A stretch of DNA of 64,000 nt from Clostridiales bacterium (GTDB lineage: Bacteria > Bacillota > Clostridia > Christensenellales > UBA1242). The translations under genes were made by a program, and so were the position numbers. Positions 9,615 to 20,900 of this stretch are shown here, piece after piece (positions within the stretch are counted from its first letter, which is position 1; each line of letters begins with the position of its first letter). The DNA lies in assembly GCA_015055815.1 (NCBI GenBank), contig SVHM01000002.1, positions 7,520 to 71,519 of the forward strand, written 5' to 3'. The notes beneath the pieces were generated by a model, which was not told where the DNA came from, did no database searches, and saw nothing but the letters and a program-made list of their open reading frames with translations.

Positions 9615-9893
9615 TTACATTTCTGTTGCTAATTCTGGAACTATCATAGTAGCCGTTTCACTCTCAATTTGAGTAGGAACGATACCAATTTCTCTAGCCT
9701 TATTCAAAATTGATTCTTTTAGGTTTTCTGGAACGATTTGTTTCAAAACCTTTTGACCATTTTCATTTGTCGCAATATAAAAATTTTCACTTACTTTAGC
9801 AATATCTTTTTTATCATTATTTACTAATTCTTGACAAAAACTAGACACTCTGCTAATATATTTTTCCTTTTCATTACTTGTCATTTGGTCCAT
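9615..9893 (-). CDS. Hypothetical small protein (92 aa)
   Basis: The ORF has a strong SD (AAGGAG) before the ATG at 9893. It is flanked by its own promoter-like and terminator signals. I do not recognise a family. Confidence 0.6.
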   Translation of the reverse strand: MDQMTSNEKEKYISRVSSFCQELVNNDKKDIAKVSENFYIATNENGQKVLKQIVPENLKESILNKAREIGIVPTQIESETATMIVPELATEM

Positions 9894-10013
9894 AATTTAT
9901 CTCCTTTGAAAACAATTATTTCCCCCAAGTATTAGACTTTCGTCATATCCCCAAATAATTTTTACTACCACCTTAAAATCCACCATTTCATAAAAATTAT
10001 TTATTACAACCAT

Positions 10014-10042
10014 ATTATACTACATAATTTACATAATGTAAA
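10014..10042 (-). promoter_or_regulatory. Sigma-A type promoter for the 92-aa gene
   Basis: On the minus strand, TTTACA (10042..10037) is followed by a 17 nt spacer, then TATAAT (10019..10014). Confidence 0.45.
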
Positions 10043-10063
10043 TACTAAAATTTAAAATTTTTT

Positions 10064-10091
10064 AAAAAAATCTCTAGCAATACACTAGAGA
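10064..10091 (-). terminator. Intrinsic terminator after rpoC
   Basis: A perfect 7 bp stem, tctctag (10071-10077) / ctagaga (10085-10091), is followed on the minus strand by a U-run (plus-strand A-run 10064-10070). It lies 9 nt after the rpoC stop. Confidence 0.7.
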
Positions 10092-10099
10092 CTTTTTGT

Positions 10100-13000
10100 T
10101 TAAATAAATTCTTCTATATCTTCTGAAAATAATTCTTTTGTTTGGTCGTCCATTGCAACAACTTCTCTTTCGTCAACTCTTAAATCTTTTACTTCCAAAG
10201 ATTTAATGTTATGGAAACCAGTTCCTGCAGGAATTTGTTTACCAATCATTAAGTTTTCTTTTAGAGATATAAGTTTATCTTCTTTACCTTTAACAGAAGC
10301 ATCAGTAAGCACTCTAGAAGTTTCTTGGAATGATGCAGCGGCAAGGAATGATGGATTGCTAAGAGAAGCTTTTGTAATACCTTGAACAAGTCTTTTAGCA
10401 GTAGCAGGAACTCCACCTTCGCTAACAATTTTATCATTTTCTTCTTCAAACTTGAAGTGATCAACAATATCACCTACAAGCATACTAGTATCACCACTAT
10501 CTTCAACCTTAACGTTTTTAAGCATTTGACGGATAATAATTTCAACGTGTTTTGTATTAAGTTCAACACCTTGAGATGAGTATGTTGCAAGTACTTCATT
10601 TAGAAGATAATTTTGAACTTCATTAACACCCCTAGTTCTTAGGAAATCATTTGGATAAATTGAACCTTCAGTTAAAACTGAACCAGCTTCAACCATGTCA
10701 CCATTCTTAACTTTTAATACTACACCATAAGGTATAATATATTTTCCATCACCATCAGGGTTTTTAACGATAACTTCGTAGTATTTACCACCATCTTTAT
10801 TTTGGGCAGCCATTTCTTTAAGAACTACTTTACCAGCTACTTCACTAACTGTTGCAACACCCTTTGGCTTTCTTGCTTCAAAAATTTCAGCAACTCTTGG
10901 AAGACCTTGAGTAATATCGGCAGCATTCGCAACACCACCTGTGTGGAATGTTCTCATTGTAAGCTGTGTACCTGGCTCACCAATAGATTGTGCAGCAATA
11001 ATACCAACTGGCTCACCAAGTGGAACAATCTTATTGCTTGACATATTTTTACCATAACACTTAGCACAAATGCCATGTTTTGATCTACAAGTAAGAGCAG
11101 TTCTAATACAAACTTTTTCAATACCAGCATCAGCAACTTGTTTTGCCATATCTACAGTAATCATTGTATCAGCAGGAATAATAATTCTCTTAGTATTAGG
11201 GTCAACAACATCTTCTACTGAATATCTACCAATAATTCTTTGTTGTAAAGAACAAACTGGAGTACCATCTTTAACAATGGCAGTAACATACATACCTTTA
11301 GTTTTCTCACCATTCTCACGGAAACAATCTTCTTGAGCAATGATAACTTCTTGAGCAACTGCTTCAAGTCTTCTAGTCAAATAACCAGAGTCAGCAGTCT
11401 TAAGAACTTTATCGGCAAGACCTTTTCTACCACCACGAGAAGAAATAAAGTATTCAAGTGGAGTAAGCCCCATACGGAAATTAGATTTAACTGGAATATC
11501 AACCTTTCTACCAGATGTATTAGCCATGATACCACGCATACCACAAAGCTGTAATACCTGTCCTGCGTTACCACGGGCTCCAGACTCAGCCATCATTCTA
11601 ACTGGATTTAATACATCCATTTTCTTGATAACTAAACCTTCAAGTTGCTTAGTAACATCTTTCCAAAGTTTAATATTTTTATCTAATTTTTCATTTTCAG
11701 TAATGAAACCCCTCTTGTAATATTTTTCATTTTCAGCAATTTGAGCTTCAACATCTTTTACAAGAGTCTGTTTTTCTTCTGGAATTTGCATATCAAACAC
11801 GTTAATTGTTATAGCACCAATTGTAGAATACTTGTAGCCAATTTCTTTGATATGGTCTAGCATTTTAACTGTTTCAGTAGTTCCCAAAGCATTGAAACAT
11901 TGACGAATAATAAGGTCTAGTTTCTTCTTTGTAACCAAGAAATCAATTTCATACTTTCCAGCGTTTTCTGGATTTTCTCTATCAATAAATCCAATATTTT
12001 GTGGGATATTTTTATTGAAAATAATTTTACCAACAGTAGTATCAATTCTCTTAGGAACAACCCTACCATTAATTTCAACATATTTTCTTACTTGAATTGG
12101 AGATTGAAGTTCAACGATTTTTTCTTGATAAGCCATCATTGCTTCATCTTCACTCATAAAGTACTTACCCGCACCTTTGCCATTTTCTTTAACAATTGTT
12201 AAATAATATGAACCAAGTACCATATCCTGAGTTGGAGTTACAATTGGGCAACTATCTGCAGGTTTAAGTACGTTATTACTTGCAAGCATCAAAATTCTTG
12301 CTTCAGCAACTGCTTCAGGGCTAAGTGGAACGTGAACAGACATCTGGTCACCATCAAAGTCAGCATTAAAGCCACCACAAACAAGTGGATGAAGTCTAAT
12401 TGCTCTACCTTCAATAAGCACAGGTTCAAATGCTTGAATTGATAGTCTGTGAAGAGATGGAGCACGGTTTAGAAGTACTGGATGATCTTTAATAACTTCT
12501 TCTAGTAAATCCCAAACAACAGGTTTTTGTTTTTCTATTACTCTTTTTGCAGTTTTGAAGTTAAGAGAAAGATTTCTCTCAACAAGCTTTCTCATAATAA
12601 ATGGTTTGAAAAGTTCCAAAGCCATTTCTTTAGGAAGACCACATTGATACATTTTTAGTTCTGGACCAACAACGATAACTGAACGACCAGAATAGTCAAC
12701 TCTCTTTCCTAACAAGTTTTGTCTAAATCTACCAGGTTTACCTTTCAAAGATGCTGTCAAAGATTTAAGTTCTCTTTGCTTTGGACCTTGAACGGCTTTT
12801 CCTTTCTTACCATTTTCTATAAGTGCATCAACAGCTTCTTGAAGCATTCTCTTTTCATTTCTAACGATTACTTCTGGAGCTCCGATTGATATAAACTTCT
12901 TAAGTCTATTGTTTCTATTAATAATTCTTCTATATAAGTCATTAATATCAGAAGTAGCAAATCTTCCGCCATCTAGTTGGATCATTGGTCTTAAATCTGG

Positions 13001-13708
13001 TGGGGTTACTGGAATTACATCAAGAACCATCCATTCAGGTCTATTACCACTTCTTCTAAATGACTCAACCACTTCAAGTCTTTTTGATTTTAATTTCTTT
13101 TGACCTTTAGTAGCTTTAGCGATTTGTTCTTTTAATTCTTTACTTTCTTTTTCTAAGTCAATTTCACTTAGAAGTTCTTTAATAGCTTCACCACCCATTC
13201 CGGCTCTGAAACTATTATAACCATATTTCTCAACCGCTTCTCTATATTCAGCATCTGTAATTACTTGCATTTTGCTAAATCCAGTTTGACCTGGGTCAAG
13301 AACGATATAAGAAACATAATAAATTACTTTGTCTAATTGTCTACTATTTAAATTAAGTAAAACACCTATTCTAGATGGAATGCTTTGTAAGAACCAAATG
13401 TGAGCAACTGGAGTAGCAAGTTCAATGTGACCCATTCTCTCACGTCTAACGCTACTCTTTGTTACTTCTACTCCACATTTATCACAAATAACACCTTTGT
13501 GTCTAATTCTTTTATACTTTCCACAATGACATTCCCAATTCTTCTTTGGTCCGAAGATTCTTTCACAAAGAAGACCAGATGTTTCAGGTTTATGAGTACG
13601 ATAGTTAATAGTTTCACTCTTTGTAACTTCACCCTTACTCCATTCTCTAATTTTGTCTGGAGATGCAATACCTATTTTAATTGATGCTAGGTTATTTAAT
13701 TCAAACAT
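10100..13708 (-). CDS. rpoC: DNA-directed RNA polymerase beta' subunit (1202 aa)
   Basis: The product has the Zn-binding CxCGKY..C..CGVEV segment, the catalytic NADFDGDQM motif, and full-length colinearity with RpoC. The SD AAGGAG is present, and the gene starts 11 nt after the rpoB stop. Confidence 0.99.
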   Translation of the reverse strand: MFELNNLASIKIGIASPDKIREWSKGEVTKSETINYRTHKPETSGLLCERIFGPKKNWECHCGKYKRIRHKGVICDKCGVEVTKSSVRRERMGHIELATPVAHIWFLQSIPSRIGVLLNLNSRQLDKVIYYVSYIVLDPGQTGFSKMQVITDAEYREAVEKYGYNSFRAGMGGEAIKELLSEIDLEKESKELKEQIAKATKGQKKLKSKRLEVVESFRRSGNRPEWMVLDVIPVTPPDLRPMIQLDGGRFATSDINDLYRRIINRNNRLKKFISIGAPEVIVRNEKRMLQEAVDALIENGKKGKAVQGPKQRELKSLTASLKGKPGRFRQNLLGKRVDYSGRSVIVVGPELKMYQCGLPKEMALELFKPFIMRKLVERNLSLNFKTAKRVIEKQKPVVWDLLEEVIKDHPVLLNRAPSLHRLSIQAFEPVLIEGRAIRLHPLVCGGFNADFDGDQMSVHVPLSPEAVAEARILMLASNNVLKPADSCPIVTPTQDMVLGSYYLTIVKENGKGAGKYFMSEDEAMMAYQEKIVELQSPIQVRKYVEINGRVVPKRIDTTVGKIIFNKNIPQNIGFIDRENPENAGKYEIDFLVTKKKLDLIIRQCFNALGTTETVKMLDHIKEIGYKYSTIGAITINVFDMQIPEEKQTLVKDVEAQIAENEKYYKRGFITENEKLDKNIKLWKDVTKQLEGLVIKKMDVLNPVRMMAESGARGNAGQVLQLCGMRGIMANTSGRKVDIPVKSNFRMGLTPLEYFISSRGGRKGLADKVLKTADSGYLTRRLEAVAQEVIIAQEDCFRENGEKTKGMYVTAIVKDGTPVCSLQQRIIGRYSVEDVVDPNTKRIIIPADTMITVDMAKQVADAGIEKVCIRTALTCRSKHGICAKCYGKNMSSNKIVPLGEPVGIIAAQSIGEPGTQLTMRTFHTGGVANAADITQGLPRVAEIFEARKPKGVATVSEVAGKVVLKEMAAQNKDGGKYYEVIVKNPDGDGKYIIPYGVVLKVKNGDMVEAGSVLTEGSIYPNDFLRTRGVNEVQNYLLNEVLATYSSQGVELNTKHVEIIIRQMLKNVKVEDSGDTSMLVGDIVDHFKFEEENDKIVSEGGVPATAKRLVQGITKASLSNPSFLAAASFQETSRVLTDASVKGKEDKLISLKENLMIGKQIPAGTGFHNIKSLEVKDLRVDEREVVAMDDQTKELFSEDIEEFI

Positions 13709-13719
13709 TATATTCTCCT

Positions 13720-16700
13720 TTATTCTTCATCAAAGTCATCATCAAATAGTGCTGACTCATCAAAAATATTATCAAAATCTTCGTCACTTTCCAAATCTTC
13801 TTCCAAAGCACCTTCAGGAGAAACTTCAAAGTCAAGTTCAATGTCTTTAACTTCTTCCTTAGGTTTAGTAACTTCAGCAAATGTTTCAATTGTATCAGCG
13901 CTTAAATCACTTAATGCAAATTCTTTGCCTTGTTCATTTAGAAGTTGGATATCAAGACCTAAGCCTTGTAATTCTTTAATAAGAACTTTAAATGATTCTG
14001 GCATACCAGGTTCTGGAAGTGGAAGTCCTTCAACTATTGCCTTGTATGTTGCAAGTCTGCCTTCTGTATCATCAGACTTGATTGTCATCATTTCTTGTAG
14101 AAGTTTAGTAGCACCATAAGCTTCCAACGCCCAAACTTCCATTTCTCCAAATCTCTGTCCACCGAACATAGCTTTACCACCAAGTGGTTGTTGAGTAACA
14201 TATGCGTATGGACCAGTTGATCTAGCATGCATTTTATCATTAACCATGTGTTCAAGTTTAATATAGTACATATATCCAACTGTTACAGGGTTTTCAAATG
14301 GCTCACCAGTTCTACCATCATAAAGTTGAATTTTACCATTTTCAGGGAAATTGTTTTCAACTAATAATTCTCTAATATCATTTTCTTTAACACCATCAAA
14401 TACTGGAGTTGCAATCTTGATACCCAAAGCCTTTGCAACAAGACCAAGATGAACTTCCAAAACCTGTCCTACGTTCATACGTGAAGGAATACCAAGTGGG
14501 TTAAGAACGATATCGATTGGTTGTCCGTTTGCCATGAATGGCATATCTTCAACAGGAAGTATTCTTGAAACAATACCTTTGTTTCCATGACGTCCAGCCA
14601 TTTTATCACCGACGCTAATCTTACGTTTTTGAGCAATTGTTACTCTAACCATTTGATTAACACCAGTTTCAAGTTCGTCTTTATTCTTTCTTGAGAAAAT
14701 TTGAATATCAACTACTACACCGCTAATTCCATGTGGAACTCTCAAAGATGTGTCTTTAACGTCCCTTGCTTTTTCACCAAAGATTGCTCTAAGAAGTCTT
14801 TCTTCTGGTGTTGGCTCTGTTTCACCCTTAGGTGTTACCTTACCTACAAGAATATCACCTGGCTTAACTTCAGCACCAATTCTAATGATACCGTTTTCAT
14901 CTAAGTTTTTAAGAACATCTTCACCAAGGTTTGGAATATCTCTTGTAAATTCTTCATCACCAAGTTTAGTTGTTCTACATTTTACTTCTTCTTCTTTCAA
15001 AGTAATAGAAGTATAAACGTCTTCTTTTACAAGTCTTTCAGAAAGTAGTATAGCATCTTCGTAGTTATATCCTTCCCAGTTCATGAAAGCTATAAGCATA
15101 TTTTTACCAAGTGCAAGTTCACCACCACTAGTACTATAACCATCAGCAATTGTTTCGCCTTTCTTAACTTTTTGTCCTTTTTTAACAATTGGTTTTTGGT
15201 TGATACAGCTTTCTTGGTTGGTCTTTACAAACTTAGTAAGTTCATATTTATCTACATCACCATTATCAAGTGTAATTTCAATATTGTTTGCATCAACATA
15301 AGTAACTACACCATTATTCTTAGCTGGGATAATAGCACAGTTATCAAGTGCTATTTTATGCTCCATACCTGTACCAACGATAGGAGCTTCTGTTCTAATT
15401 AGTGGAACTGCTTGACGTTGCATGTTCGCACCCATTAGGGCTCTGGCTGTATCGTCGTTCTCTAGGAATGGAATAAGTGAAGTTGGAACAGAAATTAATT
15501 GTCTTGGAGATACGTCCATGTAATCTACCATATCACTGTCAACTTCCAATACAGTGTCTTTATATCTACAAATAATTCTCTTATTTACAAATGAGCCATC
15601 AGCATTAAGTGGTTCAATTGCTTGAGCTATATAACAATTTTCATCTTCGTCTGCCATTAAGTAAACAGTTTCGTTTGTTACAATTCCCTTTTCTTTGTTT
15701 ACCACTCTATAAGCAGTTTCAATGAAACCATATTCATTAATTCTAGCAAAAGAAGATAGTGAGTTAATAAGACCGATGTTTCCACCTTCAGGTGTTTCAA
15801 TAACACATATTCTTCCATAGTGACTATGGTGAATATCTCTGACTTCGTCTGTTGCTCTGTCTTTCTTAATACCACCTGGACCTACGGCAGATAATCTTCT
15901 CTTTTGAGCAAGAGAACTTAATGGGTTCATTTCATCCATCAACTGACTTAATTGGTGACTAGCCAAGAAATCTTTAAATGCTCTGTTTATAGGTCTAGCA
16001 TTAACAACTTGACTAGGACTAATATCGTTAAGGTCGTGAGACTGAAGTGTTTCTTTTACAGCATTAGAAAGTTTATTCATACCACTTCTGAATGCGTCTT
16101 GTAGAAGTTCACCAGCACCCTTTATTCTACGGTTGCATAGGTGGTCAATATTATCTACTTCTCCAATTCCAGCGTTTAAGTCAAGGAAATAGCTTACTGT
16201 TGCTAAAATATCATCAATTGTAAGAGTTGAGCCAACTAAAGCATCAGCATTTAGTCTAATTGCTTCAAGTCTTTCTTCTTTTGTCTTATATTCTTTAAGT
16301 ATATCTGCAAGAACTGGATAATAAACTTGATGATTAATACCTAATTCTTTTTCGTTACATTTAATAACTTCACTTAGTTTAACTCTGTTATTACCATACA
16401 TTTTGTGTTTCTTGCCATCAATAAGCACCCAAACACTATTAATACCTAAATGTTGAATTTCATATGCTTTTTCTTTAGTAATAACTTCACCAGCTGGAAC
16501 AATGACCGTTTTCTTATCTTTAATATCTTCTCCAGCAGTAAGACCCACAAGTCTATTAGCAAGTGCTAGTTTCTTATCTACTTTAAATCTACCAACTTCA
16601 CCTAAGTTGTAGAATTGTGTACTAAAGAATTGAGAGAATATAAACTGTTTAGTAGCTTCAGCACTAGGAATTTCACTAGGTCTTGTCTTTCTAGAAAGTT

Positions 16701-17415
16701 CGATTAAAGCATCATGTTGAGTTTCATAAGCATCTTTATCAAGAGTTGCTTTCATGATTTCATTATCACCAAAAGTATCAAGAATATTTTCTCTAGTAAG
16801 ACCAAAACACTTAAGGAATATACCAAGTGAAATTTTACCACCCTTATCAAGACAAACTCTAAGTTGGTTTGGCTCTTTTTCCTTTTGCTCTATTTCCAAC
16901 CAACTACCACGTTTTGGGTTTAGAGTACTAGCAAATATTTCTCTACCAGTCTTATCCATCTTCATAGAATAGTAAACACTAGGGCTTCTAACAATTTGAG
17001 AAACAACTACTCTTTCAATTCCGTTGAAGATAAATGTACCAGCTTCAGTCATGAATGGAATGTCACCAAGGTATACTTCTTGTTCGATAGCTTCACCAGT
17101 TTCTTTAATAACAAGTCTTACATTACATCTAAGTGGAACAGAATAATGTCCGCCCTTTCTCTTAGTTTCAGCCTTAGTAAGTTTAGGCTTGTCTTCGATA
17201 GTAAAGTCCAAAAAATAGACTTCTGCTTTTCCCGCATAGTCTGTGATAGGTGAAAATTCTTTCAAGGCTTCGCCTATTCCTTCTTTGATAAACTTTAAAT
17301 ATGAGTCCTTTTGAATTTCTAACAAATAAGGCATCTCTGCTTCTTTTGATTTTCCGAAAGTATAACGAATATTATTGCCATACTTAATCTTTTTGATGTC
17401 TGCAGTATTTAACAT
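13720..17415 (-). CDS. rpoB: DNA-directed RNA polymerase beta subunit (1231 aa) with an acidic C-terminal tail
   Basis: Conserved RpoB blocks are present (e.g. [62 protein letters not shown]). I moved the start from the track's TTG at 17445 to the ATG at 17415 ([13 protein letters not shown]...), which has the SD GGGAGA. Confidence 0.97.
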   Translation of the reverse strand: MLNTADIKKIKYGNNIRYTFGKSKEAEMPYLLEIQKDSYLKFIKEGIGEALKEFSPITDYAGKAEVYFLDFTIEDKPKLTKAETKRKGGHYSVPLRCNVRLVIKETGEAIEQEVYLGDIPFMTEAGTFIFNGIERVVVSQIVRSPSVYYSMKMDKTGREIFASTLNPKRGSWLEIEQKEKEPNQLRVCLDKGGKISLGIFLKCFGLTRENILDTFGDNEIMKATLDKDAYETQHDALIELSRKTRPSEIPSAEATKQFIFSQFFSTQFYNLGEVGRFKVDKKLALANRLVGLTAGEDIKDKKTVIVPAGEVITKEKAYEIQHLGINSVWVLIDGKKHKMYGNNRVKLSEVIKCNEKELGINHQVYYPVLADILKEYKTKEERLEAIRLNADALVGSTLTIDDILATVSYFLDLNAGIGEVDNIDHLCNRRIKGAGELLQDAFRSGMNKLSNAVKETLQSHDLNDISPSQVVNARPINRAFKDFLASHQLSQLMDEMNPLSSLAQKRRLSAVGPGGIKKDRATDEVRDIHHSHYGRICVIETPEGGNIGLINSLSSFARINEYGFIETAYRVVNKEKGIVTNETVYLMADEDENCYIAQAIEPLNADGSFVNKRIICRYKDTVLEVDSDMVDYMDVSPRQLISVPTSLIPFLENDDTARALMGANMQRQAVPLIRTEAPIVGTGMEHKIALDNCAIIPAKNNGVVTYVDANNIEITLDNGDVDKYELTKFVKTNQESCINQKPIVKKGQKVKKGETIADGYSTSGGELALGKNMLIAFMNWEGYNYEDAILLSERLVKEDVYTSITLKEEEVKCRTTKLGDEEFTRDIPNLGEDVLKNLDENGIIRIGAEVKPGDILVGKVTPKGETEPTPEERLLRAIFGEKARDVKDTSLRVPHGISGVVVDIQIFSRKNKDELETGVNQMVRVTIAQKRKISVGDKMAGRHGNKGIVSRILPVEDMPFMANGQPIDIVLNPLGIPSRMNVGQVLEVHLGLVAKALGIKIATPVFDGVKENDIRELLVENNFPENGKIQLYDGRTGEPFENPVTVGYMYYIKLEHMVNDKMHARSTGPYAYVTQQPLGGKAMFGGQRFGEMEVWALEAYGATKLLQEMMTIKSDDTEGRLATYKAIVEGLPLPEPGMPESFKVLIKELQGLGLDIQLLNEQGKEFALSDLSADTIETFAEVTKPKEEVKDIELDFEVSPEGALEEDLESDEDFDNIFDESALFDDDFDEE

Positions 17416-17573
17416 TAAGTTTATTCTCCCTTGAAAATTATTCAAATTCTATTAAGTTGTAAAATATGCAAAAAATCATTTGCCAAAAATAAATTTTTAG
17501 ATTATATTAAAAACATGAAGTTGAAGATATTTTTGGATGTTTGCACACTTATAAACAATACTTTGCACTTCAA

Positions 17574-17602
17574 ATTTTAACACAATAATAACCCCTTGTC
17601 AA
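17574..17602 (-). promoter_or_regulatory. Sigma-A type promoter of rpoBC
   Basis: On the minus strand, TTGACA (17602..17597) is followed by a 17 nt spacer ending in TGt, then TAAAAT (17579..17574). The leader to the rpoB ATG is about 150 nt. Confidence 0.6.
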
Positions 17603-17641
17603 TTCTTTTTTGCAATTTTTAAAAGAATTATTGTTTTTTGT

Positions 17642-17670
17642 TTGACAAATTTTAAAAATTATTATATATA
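17642..17670 (+). promoter_or_regulatory. Orphan plus-strand consensus-like promoter, divergent from the rpoB promoter
   Basis: On the plus strand, TTGACA (17642-17647) is followed by a 17 nt spacer, then TATATA (17665-17670). No plus-strand gene follows it. Confidence 0.35.
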
Positions 17671-17672
17671 CC

Positions 17673-17705
17673 ACACTCCAAACCACCCGCTTGGAGTGTT
17701 TTTTT
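17673..17705 (+). terminator. Orphan plus-strand intrinsic-terminator-like hairpin
   Basis: A perfect 9 bp stem, acactccaa (17673-17681) / ttggagtgt (17691-17699), has the loop accacccgc and is followed by T6 (17700-17705). There is no U-run in the minus orientation. Confidence 0.5.
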
Positions 17706-17936
17706 GTGCTCAAAAAACTCTTTGAAAATTATAAATAATAAAATTTTTCATATGTTTATATGTGCTTATATTTATGAAAATAATTTAACAACTATTAATT
17801 TAAAAACCATTTAACCATCTAGTTAAGAGATACATTATTACATCCATAATATAATAAAAATAAACACTCTAATGTTCTAACTATGCTAGTGTGATGTATC
17901 CAACCATGCTAAAAACAAACTAATAACAAAGAAAAT

Positions 17937-17969
17937 GAAAAAACTGCCAATTATTTCTAATTGACAGTT
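17937..17969 (-). terminator. Intrinsic terminator after the 8022-aa gene
   Basis: The minus-strand RNA forms the stem aacugucaauua / uaauuggcaguu (one G-U pair) with the loop GAAA, followed by UUUUUU. It lies 25 nt after the stop at 17994. Confidence 0.65.
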
Positions 17970-17993
17970 TTTAGTTGAAAATAATTAGATTTT

Positions 17994-20900
17994 TTAGGAA
18001 AGCGGACTTAAAGAATATGCACTTTCCCGAATAGTAGGTTGAGTATTGAAACTTATTAAATAGTCTCTATATCCATCTCCAGTCTTATCCGTCAAGCCAT
18101 CCTTCTTAAACCAAATATTTACGCAATTTTTTTCACCATTTTCGTCTAATGCCACACATGTTGCATCGGCAATACTATCAGAGCCTCTAAATGTGATATC
18201 TAAAGACGATGTATACCAAGAATCTTGATAGAACAAACCATTACCTTGATATTTAGATATATCTATCCACTCAGTAACATTAAGCCATGCATCCTCGTTT
18301 GCCATTTTTAAAGCCCTGCCAATACTAAAACCACAATTATCAAACATTGCGTCATCACTACTTGCCAAATAACACACTTTATATATTTGTATTTTGTAAC
18401 TATCGTCCTTATCTTTATTTTTCAACCAATCATACATAAATGTGTATGTTTTTTGACATGCAGCCGAGCCGTCAACTTCTAATCTTTCACCAGAAGAATT
18501 AAAAATATTTCCAGTATTCTCACCTTCATAATATTGATTACCAGGATTTCCATCACCAATAATTCCACCAACAATTGCTTCACCTACAAGATAAGTAACT
18601 CCATAATACTTGTTATCACTTAAACCTACTGCATTATATTGCAAAAACCTGTAAATACCATTTGAAGCATCATTTCTCCAGTCGCCTTCATTAGTTGACA
18701 TTAAAGCACTTCCCGCCTGACCAATCATTCCACCAACAGTATATCCTTCAATTTGCTGATCTTTATTAGTTTGACTAGCTCCGACTTGACATTTATAGAA
18801 ATTCATTACACTACCATGTGTATCTGGAGCAACTTCTCCAATTATACCACCTGCAATATGGTTGTCTTCCTTTGTAGTAAGTCCAGCTTTAATTAATCGT
18901 GAATTAACTTGAATATTAATAAAATCTATTCTATTAAATGCAGATGTCCAACCAATAACACCACCACAAGCACCATTGTTTGAATAAATACTTGAATCAA
19001 TAATTATTGCATCTTCACTATCACCGAACTGAGCATATCCATACCCCAAACTATGAGTTCCTATTTCTTGAGTTAATGTTTTCTTACCCTCTTTATCATA
19101 TGTCATAGCATTATTCTTCATTTCGTCTGTCAAGTTTTTATAGCTATTATCTAACTTGCCAATTAAACCACCTGCAAACGAACCACCTCTAATAGTGCCC
19201 GATGAAATCGTTGTTTGACGAATTACAATTGAAGAGTATTCAGAATGCCCTATTACACCACCAGCAATCTCTGTACCCTCAATAACACCTGTTATTTCCG
19301 ATGGAGAACTACTTGCTTGATGTCCAATAGTTATAGAATTCCTTTCTAGTATTCCAACATGTCCACCTGATATGTTAGAATACATTCTAGTATTAACATC
19401 AACATTTACAATAGTTAACGCTGATCTTTCACACAAATAACCTGCAATTCCACCAGCCGCTACTCGAGCAGTAATATTACTTGAAATTGTAGTATCTTTG
19501 ATTGAAGATACAGTTGCTTGTTGTAAATCACCAAATAGTCCACCAACATAAGTCACCTTATAATCATCATTTTCTACACTAGTCATAGATATTACACTGT
19601 TAATTTCTGACAACGTTATACTAACAATTTTTGTAATTAGTTTTCCAACCAATCCCCCAGCGTATGATGTGGTTTTATCTTTATTATTTACATTATATTT
19701 CTTATATGCTTCAATATAATCAACTCCAAGATAAATATCAGAAAGCTCTTCAATAAGAACAACTTGTCTGATAGTTAATTCACCAAATACACCACCAATA
19801 TTCATACCTGTCATAGTTGTAATATTCTCTGAGTAATTTTTATCAGCATATATTTTATGAAGTTTTTCACTATCATCAACATCTTTATTATTTATCATAC
19901 ATGACAATTCAGGCGATAAATTATTATCTAAAGCAACCCTTCCTATATATCCAGCTACAACATCTTCCGATTTAATATTTGCTTTAACATATGAATTATG
20001 AATAGAAATTCTTAAATGCTTTTTAGCATCACCTATAATACCACCTGCTAAATTTTTACCTTGAACAGAAGCATCAAGTACGGCAGTGTTACTAATATCG
20101 CTATAGCCACCATTATTGGTTTCATTTCCATCTTCGTCTGTTGGAATATAATTTATTGCAACAATACCACCAGCGATACCACTTTCATCTATATCTTCTG
20201 TATCACTGTCATCTTGCATTATAGCTGTAATAATTCCACTATTTTGACAATTATCAATGTTTGTATTTTCATACTCATTGACACCAATAATTCCACCGGC
20301 ATACTGCGTGTTTTCAGTAAAATCATCTTCTTCTAATTCATAATCGCCTACACTTCCAAAGTTTTTAGAATATTGAATCAACAATAAAGGATACTCATCT
20401 TTATTTTGATATTCTTCTCCTAAATACTCAACTTTGCCTATAATACCACCAGAAACGTTACCATTAATAATAGTATTGTTTTCATCATTTTCTGTAGAAT
20501 AATAGAAATTATTATCATTGTTTTGCTCTTGCAAACCATTAATCATATTTTCTAGAGTATAGTTATCATTACCCAATAATACCAATTCGCCAACTATACC
20601 ACCTGTTACTTTTCCACCTATTATTGAAGATTTGTTTATTATACAACCATCGTAAAAATATGAAGTCTCTATACATACATTACTATATAGTCTTCCAAAT
20701 GATCCACCAGCAATTAAGTTAATATTGCTTGTATTTGTATATTCTCCATCAGTTACAACATTAAACAATCTTATTATTGATGGATCAGCCGTATCTTCAC
20801 CTACTTGCCCAATTAAGCCCCCATATAATGCAATATTAGAACCTGTTGCTATTCCATGAATTGTAAGTTCAACAAGACGTCCTTCATTAGAAATTACTTT

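Noticed and set aside
677-17445. The ORF-track start codons for rpmG (871), the acidic protein (2846), the HicB-like gene (8431) and rpoB (17445). The same issue affects acpP (59224) and the flippase-like gene (62804).
   Set aside because: These are longest-ORF extensions, several of them on GTG or TTG. In each case a downstream ATG has a proper SD at 5-10 nt and gives the family-typical N-terminus.
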